A DNA stretch of 14,312 nt from Candidatus Aenigmatarchaeota archaeon (GTDB lineage: Archaea; Aenigmatarchaeota; Aenigmatarchaeia; QMZP01), in assembly GCA_039091855.1 (NCBI GenBank), contig JAWCLA010000007.1, forward strand, positions 1,093-15,404, in the 5' to 3' direction. Below the pieces are notes generated by a model that worked only from the letters and a program-made list of their open reading frames with translations, was not told where the DNA came from and searched no databases. The position numbers and the translations under genes were made by a program. Of the stretch, positions 7,752 through 14,312 are shown in pieces; within the stretch, counting starts at the first letter, position 1, and every line of letters starts with the position of its first letter.

Positions 7752-8708
7752 CTAAGCGTGATTATAGATGGTTTCAGCAACCCTGTCCGTTATATCAACC
7801 TTTGAGTAGTCGTTTTTTATGCTGTTGGATACGTAAATGTCTGAAAAAATCTCCTCTATTCTCTTGTAGCCCTCAGTTAGCCTTAGGTGAGGCACGCACG
7901 CTATGCTTTCTTCCACTTCACATTCCTTGAGTTTTTCGCCTGCCTTGTACATTGTCCCTCCCGTACCTAAAAGATCGTCTATCACGCCCACGCTTTTTCC
8001 CTTGAGGATTTTTTTCAATTCTGCGGGGCAGTCTACTATCGTTTCCCTGCTGTTTAGCCTCGTCTTCTTCATGCTCAGGACATCAATGCCTCTGTGCCTT
8101 GCCCTCCTTGCCATTCCGCTGTCAGGGGCAACCCATATCAAATCCCTGTAACCATCTTCGTATGCCTTGCTTATGAGAAGGTCTATCACACTGGTGTAAA
8201 CTATGTCATAATCCCTTGTCCATTCCTCTCCTTCATAATGCACGTCAAGCGCAAAAAATCTCTTTGCTCCATAGAGCTTGCAGATGTCTAGAACCTGCTT
8301 TGCGGCGTTTATGCTGCCTGTCTTGTCAGGCCAGTCCTGCTTGCATTGTGGGGCATATAGAAAGAAGACCTGTATTGACTTGGGCTTTACTCCAAGAGGT
8401 TTGTAAACCTTTACTTCCTCGCCGTTTATTATTTTCTTTCCCTCAGAGTATTGTGGGTCGCTGAGGCTGCATAACGTGTGATAAAGTCTGAGCGTGCTTG
8501 AGTTCGGTCTTGGGGCAGCGCAGTGCAAAACCAAAACATCCTCTCCGTCTATCTGCTCTATGTTTCTCACGTTTGTATATTGCTCCCTGTCTGCAAACTC
8601 CAGCTTCCCGTCATTGTTAGGCCCGAGGGAGATATACTTGAAGTTCGTGTACTTTCTTTTCATCCTTTCCCCGATGTGCTCCGCCTGGTCAGTAGGAAGT
8701 ATTATCAT
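7752..8708 (-). CDS. Divergent ribose-phosphate pyrophosphokinase (PRPP synthetase)-like protein
   Basis: Ordered Prs-like motifs FADRE, KQD, DVH, APDSG, KKTR, the PRPP loop VIDDLLGTGGT, and SNSI. Confidence 0.8.
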   Translation of the reverse strand: MIILPTDQAEHIGERMKRKYTNFKYISLGPNNDGKLEFADREQYTNVRNIEQIDGEDVLVLHCAAPRPNSSTLRLYHTLCSLSDPQYSEGKKIINGEEVKVYKPLGVKPKSIQVFFLYAPQCKQDWPDKTGSINAAKQVLDICKLYGAKRFFALDVHYEGEEWTRDYDIVYTSVIDLLISKAYEDGYRDLIWVAPDSGMARRARHRGIDVLSMKKTRLNSRETIVDCPAELKKILKGKSVGVIDDLLGTGGTMYKAGEKLKECEVEESIACVPHLRLTEGYKRIEEIFSDIYVSNSIKNDYSKVDITDRVAETIYNHA

Positions 8709-9000
8709 TTTCCCAGCATTTCAGTTTTGTCATAATAATATAAAAATCTATCTAGTTCGTTTGCTGAATCCGTCAAATAAAAGTAACTGGTAGCGATTGA
8801 GATTAACCGAATAGCTCTTAAGCCCAATAAAAAAGTTTCTCTCACTTAAAGAAACATTGATCGGTTATGTGAGTTAGATTAGTTTGCCCAAAAATCCATT
8901 TGAGCGTGGCCCTGCTTATTATTTTGAGAGTTTTAGCAAACTCCCTTAAGTTGTCAGGGCAAAGGCTTAAATAATTTGTGTATAAATTAATAACCATAAA

Positions 9001-10290
9001 GTGATAAAAATGTTAAAATTATCTTCAAACAATGGCGGAAATGGGAACATATTCAAAAGGCTGGCTTGCGGATTTTCAGACATATACAAAGGGGTGTTTG
9101 GAAATTCTTCCAAGCCGAGCCGCAAAGAGCTGAATGAAATACTTGAGGAAATAGGCATGGAGCCGCTTTCTCCGGAGCCAATGCCTTTATACAAGAGCAT
9201 TTTAGGAGCTTTTGGTTTTGGAAAAAACAACGGAAACGGGAAAAGGGATTCTGAACAAATAATTGAATTGGACGAAGAGCTGGTGGATGTTTCTCCTGAA
9301 AGCAGATTGAGAAGAAAATATTCAGACAGGTTTGTTCTAAAAGAGGAAGTGAAAAAAATAATGAGAAGCGATGTGGACGGAGAAAAACTTGCCGCTGAGC
9401 TGATGAAAACAAGGGGCATAGGATACAAGACAGCGTCGAGGCTTCTTAAGGAGGCAGGAAAGGAATTGGACGAGAAAACACTCAAAAGGATATACAGGTC
9501 TTTGGACAAGAGGAAAGAGAGATACGAAACAATTGACGAGTTTTCACAAAAATATCTGGCATCAAAAAATCTTTTTGGGTTATCCAACACTGGGGATTGC
9601 ACAGCAGTTGACATTCCAGAAAGGGGGATAAGCAAAAAACTGAAAGATTACATAATTTCCCAATCCTCAGAGAATATTGCCAAGAGCCTTATGTCAGTAA
9701 GGGATATCGAGTTTAAGGACGTGGAATCCCAATTGAGAGAATTTTACAATGAGGTCGGTAAAAAGGTTGATTTTGACAGTTCAGACATAGGCAGGTGGTA
9801 CAGGGAGGTCAGGAAGGGGGGCCATATAAAATACAACACCCTTGATGAGTGGGCGAAAGACCAGGTTGAATTTGCGGAAGCCAACAAGGAACTTGGTTTA
9901 GTAAAGAAACACAAAAAACCAGCAAAATGGCTTATGGCAGGAGCAGTGTCATCGCTGGCTGCGGCTGCAATAGGGGCATACATGCTGCTTGGCAACACAA
10001 TTAAAGAAAAAGACTATGTTGCACCAAAACAGGTACATATAGAATATGTTGAAAAAGAAAAACCTTATACATCACCAATCGAAGATAAAATTGAATTTTC
10101 TTCTGAAAAAACCTACACGGTCAGGAAAGGGGACTGCCTTTGGAAGATCGCAAAAAACGAGCTCGGACTTTCAGAAAATGAGATAGCTGCAAAGGTAAGC
10201 GCTATTTACGAGAAAAACATTGGAAAATACAAAAAATTTGATTCAAGCAGAGGAAACCACATTGAACCCGGCTGGGTTTTGAAAATTTAG
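9001..10290 (+). CDS. Membrane-anchored protein with C-terminal LysM domain
   Basis: C-terminus YTVRKGDCLWKIA...N...IEPGWVLKI is a LysM signature. Single TM helix at aa ~310-330 preceded by basic KKHKK. Start is GTG 9001 or ATG 9010. Confidence 0.85.
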   Translation: MIKMLKLSSNNGGNGNIFKRLACGFSDIYKGVFGNSSKPSRKELNEILEEIGMEPLSPEPMPLYKSILGAFGFGKNNGNGKRDSEQIIELDEELVDVSPESRLRRKYSDRFVLKEEVKKIMRSDVDGEKLAAELMKTRGIGYKTASRLLKEAGKELDEKTLKRIYRSLDKRKERYETIDEFSQKYLASKNLFGLSNTGDCTAVDIPERGISKKLKDYIISQSSENIAKSLMSVRDIEFKDVESQLREFYNEVGKKVDFDSSDIGRWYREVRKGGHIKYNTLDEWAKDQVEFAEANKELGLVKKHKKPAKWLMAGAVSSLAAAAIGAYMLLGNTIKEKDYVAPKQVHIEYVEKEKPYTSPIEDKIEFSSEKTYTVRKGDCLWKIAKNELGLSENEIAAKVSAIYEKNIGKYKKFDSSRGNHIEPGWVLKI

Positions 10291-10313
10291 GAAATGGTTT
10301 TAAAACCCACATT

Positions 10314-11612
10314 TTACGATTTCTTTCCCAGCATTTTTATTATTTTTTCAAGGGTGAACTCTCCCTGTTTCCTTTTCTTCATGTCCCTCAATACAAATTT
10401 TCCGCTTTTTATCTCCCTTTCTCCCACAAAGATAACATAGGGGATTTTTAGTGAGTCCGCATAGTCAAGCTGTTTTTTTAATGGTCTTCCTGTCAAATCA
10501 ATGTTTGTATTTATCCCGCCTGCCCTTAACGACTGGGCAATTTCCACCGCCTTGTCCCTGAACCTTTCGTCTGCTATTGCAACAAAAACATTGGTCCTTG
10601 TTTCAGGAACCATCATTCCTTCTGAATCCATTATCTCGCATATCCTTTCCACACCAAGAGAAATCCCCACAGCAGGTGTCCACCTGCCCCCATAGGTTTC
10701 TACCAGGTTGTCATATCTCCCCCCTCCGGCTATGCTTCCTATCTCTTTCTTTGTCCTCACGGAAATCTCGAAAATCGGACCTGTATAGTAATCCAAACCC
10801 CTTACAAGCGAAAGGTCTATGATTATCTTTCTTTCAATTCCGTAAGATCTGCATTTCTCAACTATCTGCTCGAGTTCGCTTATGCCTTCGGAAACCAGCG
10901 AATAATTTCCGAATTTCCTGCTTTCCGTCTTGAGAACTGTTGAGGGGCTGCCCCTTTCCTTTACTATTTCCATAAGCTTTCTTATTTTAGTCTCATTCAG
11001 TCCAGCTTTCCTTAACTCGTTTGTAACCGAGCGGGTTCCTATCTTTTCAATCTTGTCAAGAGAGCGAAAAACCTCTTCTCTCGTTTCCTTCGGTATGTCA
11101 AACATCTCCATTATGCCGTTCAGGACCTTCCTGTTGTTGAGCCTTATGGCAAAATCCCTGAAACCAAGAGCCTCTATTATCGTAACAGCAACAGCTAAAC
11201 ACTCTGCCTCGCAGTCCATCTTTTCAGAGCCAATGATATCGGCATCTGCCTGCCAAAACTCACGATAGCGGCCTGCCTGCGGGTTGTCATACCTCCAAAC
11301 AGGACCTATCTGGTATCTCTTGAAGGGCTTTGGAAGCTGCGGGTTGCTGGCAATAACCCTAGCCATAGGAGCAGTAAGGTCAAATCTTAGCCCGATTTCC
11401 CTATCACCCTTGTCTTTGAAATAGTAAATCTCTTTCTTTATGTCCTCGCCGCCACCTCCCTTCCTGGAGAGAAGTTCCCATGACTCTATCGCAGGCGTGT
11501 CCATGGGCTCAAAGCCGAACCTCTCGAAAACCTTTCTTGCTGTATCGACAACCTGCTGCCTTCTTCTCATCTGCTCGGGAAGAAAGTCCCTTGTTCCCTT
11601 TGGGGGTTGCAT
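10314..11612 (-). CDS. hisS: Histidyl-tRNA synthetase
   Basis: PKGTRDF, LRFDLTAP, motif 2 WRYDNPQAGRYREFWQ, RGLDYYTG, GGGRYD and a C-terminal anticodon-binding domain. SD-like GAGGT upstream. Confidence 0.97.
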   Translation of the reverse strand: MQPPKGTRDFLPEQMRRRQQVVDTARKVFERFGFEPMDTPAIESWELLSRKGGGGEDIKKEIYYFKDKGDREIGLRFDLTAPMARVIASNPQLPKPFKRYQIGPVWRYDNPQAGRYREFWQADADIIGSEKMDCEAECLAVAVTIIEALGFRDFAIRLNNRKVLNGIMEMFDIPKETREEVFRSLDKIEKIGTRSVTNELRKAGLNETKIRKLMEIVKERGSPSTVLKTESRKFGNYSLVSEGISELEQIVEKCRSYGIERKIIIDLSLVRGLDYYTGPIFEISVRTKKEIGSIAGGGRYDNLVETYGGRWTPAVGISLGVERICEIMDSEGMMVPETRTNVFVAIADERFRDKAVEIAQSLRAGGINTNIDLTGRPLKKQLDYADSLKIPYVIFVGEREIKSGKFVLRDMKKRKQGEFTLEKIIKMLGKKS

Positions 11613-11777
11613 GGTTAACCTCTCTTATTACTTGTTAAAATTTAGTCAGCTTGCTTATATTGTTGTTTAGAAAATGCCCTCCTGTTTAATTCATCTGAGG
11701 GGAGGCTTGTAAAACCTTACAGCAAAAATATCCGGACTTTCATTTCCGCTCTTTATTGATTTAGCATTAGAAAGGGT

Positions 11778-12086
11778 TCATTCATAAGGAACGAGCTCGT
11801 TCAGAATGTCATCATCCATAAGAACAAAATATTTCGGAAAGCTCATGTCTATTTCGTGTGGTCTTTTTCTTTCCCAGGAATACAGGCCATACTTAAAACT
11901 TCTTATCTCAAGAAACTCAACAGGACGGTTTTCCAAAGTCTTCTCAACAATAAAATTGAAATCTTTCATTAATGGCAATGTGTTAGGAGTTTCGTTATGT
12001 ATTTCTACATAAAAAGGTATTAATCTTATCTTATAATTCCCTTCCTTGCTTTTCCATATTGCCTCAAGTTTTCCCATCCACATCAC
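11778..12086 (-). CDS. Hypothetical protein (102 aa)
   Basis: Start overlaps the stop of the upstream CDP-alcohol phosphatidyltransferase (ATGA/GTGA-type coupling). No recognisable motif. Confidence 0.6.
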   Translation of the reverse strand: MMWMGKLEAIWKSKEGNYKIRLIPFYVEIHNETPNTLPLMKDFNFIVEKTLENRPVEFLEIRSFKYGLYSWERKRPHEIDMSFPKYFVLMDDDILNELVPYE

Positions 12087-12685
12087 TTACCACCACTTTC
12101 TCTTGTCGCAGCTATTATTCTCTGTATGGCTGTTATGTTGCTCAGGACAGCCAGCACGACTATTGTATAACTCAGGAAGAACTTGTCTGTTGAGGCAACC
12201 AAAATACCTATGAATAGTATCAAAAGCCTTTCCGCCCTCTCAAGAAACCCGCCCCTCAGTTCCTTCTCTATAAGCTCCTTTTCCTTTGCTGCTGCCTTAA
12301 CGTATGTGGTCATCATTGCGCCGAAGAAGTAGGCGAAAATCCATACTGATATCGGTAAGTAAAAGTCAGGCAGCCCTGCAAACAAAAGCCCCAAAATAAT
12401 AATGCCTTCCACATACCTGTCCACGACAGTGTCAAGGTATGCCCCCTTCTTTGAGACGGTTCCCGTTACCCTTGCGACAGAGCCGTCTACAAGGTCAATA
12501 AACGCTGACAGAAAGAAAAGCCCTGCTGCTGGAAGGAACTGCTCTTTAATAAGAAACCAGAGCGCGACAAAAACAGGAACCAAGGATAGCAGAGTCCACT
12601 GGTTGGCAGAAAGCGGGATTTTGCTGAAAACTATCCCGACTTTCACAGATAACTTCGCAAACCTCTCACGATTCCTGTAAAGCAT
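12083..12685 (-). CDS. CDP-alcohol phosphatidyltransferase (archaetidylinositol-phosphate synthase-like)
   Basis: Signature DLVDGSVAR-x8-GAYLDTVVDR plus SANQWT, YVKA and GFLERAER, with multiple TM helices. Confidence 0.92.
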   Translation of the reverse strand: MLYRNRERFAKLSVKVGIVFSKIPLSANQWTLLSLVPVFVALWFLIKEQFLPAAGLFFLSAFIDLVDGSVARVTGTVSKKGAYLDTVVDRYVEGIIILGLLFAGLPDFYLPISVWIFAYFFGAMMTTYVKAAAKEKELIEKELRGGFLERAERLLILFIGILVASTDKFFLSYTIVVLAVLSNITAIQRIIAATRESGGK

Positions 12686-13010
12686 ACTCTTTTCTTGGGA
12701 TTTGACTTTTTAAGGATTCTGACATCAAACCTGAGTCTGATTTTGCTTTTCTATGGCCAAAAGAAACCCCTTTAATGTAGTCCCTTTTTATGTCCATAAA
12801 AAGATAACAGCTGCCCAAAAAAGCAATTAAAAACCCTCCCGTGAGCATAATCAATTCGATTTGTGCCTCTTTATAGTTATCTATCATAATCCTGACTGCT
12901 TTATGGGGGCTCTGATACGCAACCATAAATGTTGCCATAAGCACGAGATACATACCGAGAAGCCAAAGCAACGTGAATGTCTTAATCAAACTTCTCAACA
13001 TATTTACCAC
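12666..13010 (-). CDS. Hypothetical membrane protein (2 TM helices)
   Basis: 114 aa with two hydrophobic segments. GTG start with a TATA box 23-30 nt upstream. Overlaps the next gene by 20 bp. Confidence 0.65.
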   Translation of the reverse strand: MVNMLRSLIKTFTLLWLLGMYLVLMATFMVAYQSPHKAVRIMIDNYKEAQIELIMLTGGFLIAFLGSCYLFMDIKRDYIKGVSFGHRKAKSDSGLMSESLKSQIPRKEYALQES

Positions 13011-13032
13011 TTAAAAATAGTTAAATATAACA

Positions 13033-13040
13033 TTTATAAA
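13033..13040 (-). promoter_or_regulatory. TATA box for the operon starting at 13010
   Basis: TTTATAAA at canonical distance from the start at 13010. Confidence 0.55.
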
Positions 13041-13057
13041 TGTTTCCCAGAAACTCC

Positions 13058-13312
13058 CTATTCCTCAATCCTGAAAACCTTGTCCCCTTCCCTTGCCTTC
13101 CCTTCAACCTTAAGCCCAACGGACTGGCCCTTTCCTGCTGACTGAACAGGTTTCCTGTCTATCTGTATTGAAGAGGCTGTCTGCTGGATGTTTGTGACAT
13201 TCCCCTCTATTGATATCCGGTCCCCCTCGTTAAGGGTGTCCGAGAGCTCTATGACGGCGACCCCTATCTTGTCAAAGTAGTGGGTCACCCTTCCTATCAG
13301 TTTCTTTCCCAT
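13058..13312 (-). CDS. Small stand-alone beta-barrel protein (translation elongation factor domain II-like / U32 peptidase C-terminal-like), 84 aa
   Basis: MGKKLIGRVTHYFDKIGVAV...GD.I.I.G...SIQID...AGKGQSVGLKV...REGDKVF. The true start is the ATG at 13312 with SD GGGGGTG just upstream, not the 13450 start in the track. Confidence 0.8.
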   Translation of the reverse strand: MGKKLIGRVTHYFDKIGVAVIELSDTLNEGDRISIEGNVTNIQQTASSIQIDRKPVQSAGKGQSVGLKVEGKAREGDKVFRIEE

Positions 13313-13325
13313 TTCGCACCCCCAT

Positions 13326-13526
13326 ATTTCGCCTTGTGACTTGCATACAAAGCGACAATGACGGAGAAGATGCTTCGCATCTTCCAATTGGTTTCGCCTT
13401 GTGACAGATTTTTGGAAAGACGACTTTGTTATGTTGGTTAAGGCCGTCAAATTACTATTTGGTTAGCTTTGCGACTTGACGGAGAAGTCGGCTTCGCCGA
13501 CTTCCAATTGATTTCGCCTTGTGACA
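13326..13526. repeat. Direct-repeat/hairpin cluster: TTTCGCCTTGTGAC x3 and two ~55-bp units
   Basis: Exact 14-mers at 13327-13340, 13392-13405 and 13512-13525, and a degenerate copy at 13461-13475. Long units at 13352-13406 and 13471-13526 carry hairpins at 13366-13384 and 13484-13504. Confidence 0.9.
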
Positions 13527-13534
13527 ATTTTGTA

Positions 13535-13549
13535 TTTAAGATATATAAA
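13535..13549. promoter_or_regulatory. Divergent TATA region serving fen1 (+) and the repeat leader/beta-barrel gene (-)
   Basis: TTTAAGATATATAAA lies about 22-36 nt upstream of the fen1 ATG and reads TTTATATA on the minus strand. Confidence 0.55.
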
Positions 13550-13570
13550 CTTCGCAACCACCCATAAATT

Positions 13571-14312
13571 ATGGGAGTTAGCCTTTCTGGGCTGGTTTTG
13601 GGAAAGGAGATATCAATAGAGGAGCTGAGGGGAAAGAGGATAGCAATAGACGCCAACAACACGCTTTACCAATTTCTTTCAACAATAAGGGACAGGTTCA
13701 CGGGTGAGCCTCTCAGGGACTCAAATGGCGAGATAACCTCACACCTTTCGGGGCTTTTTTACAGGACCGCAAAGCTTGTTGAAGAGGGCATAGAGCCTGT
13801 TTTCGTGTTTGACGGGGAGCCACCGGAATTCAAGAGGGAAACGATAGAGAACAGGGTACACATAAGGGAAGAGGCAAAGAGAAAGTGGGAAGAGGCGCTG
13901 GAAAAGGGTGAAATAGAAAAGGTAAAGACTTATGCTCAGGGAGCCGCAAGGCTAACTGACGATATGGTTGAGGAATCAAAAAACCTTCTCGAATATATGG
14001 GCGTTCCTTGGGTTCAGGCACCTTCGGAAGGAGAGGCAGAGGCGTCATTTCTGGCTAAAAAAGGAACGGTTTGGGCAGCAGGCTCGCAGGACTGGGATTC
14101 CCTTCTTTTCGGAGCGCCAAGGCTCGTAAGGAACCTCACGATATCGGGCAGGAGAAAAGTCGCGAGAAAGGAGAAGTATGTGGTTGTTAGCCCTGAACTG
14201 GTAGAACTTGACTCTGTCCTCAAGAGCCTTGGGATAACAAACGAACAGCTTATTCTTATAGGCATTCTTGTCGGGACCGACTACAATATGGGTGGGGTTA
14301 AGGGCTTTGGTC
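13571..14312 (+). CDS. fen: Flap endonuclease 1 (runs off the window end)
   Basis: Manual translation: MGVSLSGLV...[17 protein letters not shown]...[11 protein letters not shown]...VFVFDGEPP...[10 protein letters not shown]...[12 protein letters not shown]...ILVGTDYN. Not in the ORF track because there is no stop in the window. Confidence 0.97.
   Translation, partial: MGVSLSGLVLGKEISIEELRGKRIAIDANNTLYQFLSTIRDRFTGEPLRDSNGEITSHLSGLFYRTAKLVEEGIEPVFVFDGEPPEFKRETIENRVHIREEAKRKWEEALEKGEIEKVKTYAQGAARLTDDMVEESKNLLEYMGVPWVQAPSEGEAEASFLAKKGTVWAAGSQDWDSLLFGAPRLVRNLTISGRRKVARKEKYVVVSPELVELDSVLKSLGITNEQLILIGILVGTDYNMGGVKGFG

Noticed and set aside
8967-9635. 222-aa minus-strand ORF and the other antisense or alternate-frame ORFs inside ileS, rfcL, rnhB, hisS and fen1
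   Set aside because: These are shadow ORFs of well-supported genes, rich in Ser/Phe/Leu as expected from the reverse complement of Lys/Glu-rich coding sequence, and have no motifs.
11670-11750. RNase P RNA-like words (GAAAGTCCGG...AAACAG) and a CCCTC/GAGGG stem upstream of hisS
   Set aside because: The two words are far too close together for an RNase P RNA and the P4 pairing is not convincing. No T-box or other leader motif was recognised.
13326-13526. CRISPR mini-array or hammerhead ribozyme interpretation of the repeats
   Set aside because: The repeat is only 14 bp, spacing is irregular (65 and 120 bp), the intervening sequences resemble each other, and no cas genes are present. The UGACGGA-stem is not followed by the GAAA required for a hammerhead core.
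13313-13662. N-terminal extension of the 13058 ORF to 13450, and the 71-aa ORF 13447..13662
   Set aside because: Both run through the repeat cluster or antisense to fen1. The recognisable domain begins at ATG 13312 with a good SD.

Overview
Archaeal housekeeping region. The compact, near-leaderless gene layout and divergent proteins suggest a DPANN-type lineage, but that is inference. It encodes ychF (partial), a VanZ-like protein, a membrane protein, a ferritin-like/VIT1 iron transporter, ileS, RFC large subunit, RNase HII, a divergent PRPP-synthetase-like protein, a membrane-anchored LysM protein, hisS, a CDP-alcohol phosphatidyltransferase, a small EF-domain-II-like beta-barrel protein, fen1 (partial) and three small ORFans. 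Two non-coding elements stand out. (1) A tRNA-Lys(UUU) on the minus strand (1638-1378) is split into four exons by three bulge-helix-bulge introns at 30/31, 37/38 and 59/60. The 7-nt anticodon exon is shared by two mutually exclusive splice structures, implying ordered splicing. (2) An unexplained ~200-bp repeat cluster (13326-13526) upstream of fen1 has three 14-bp direct repeats and two ~55-bp units whose hairpins covary and are capped by GCGAAGC.
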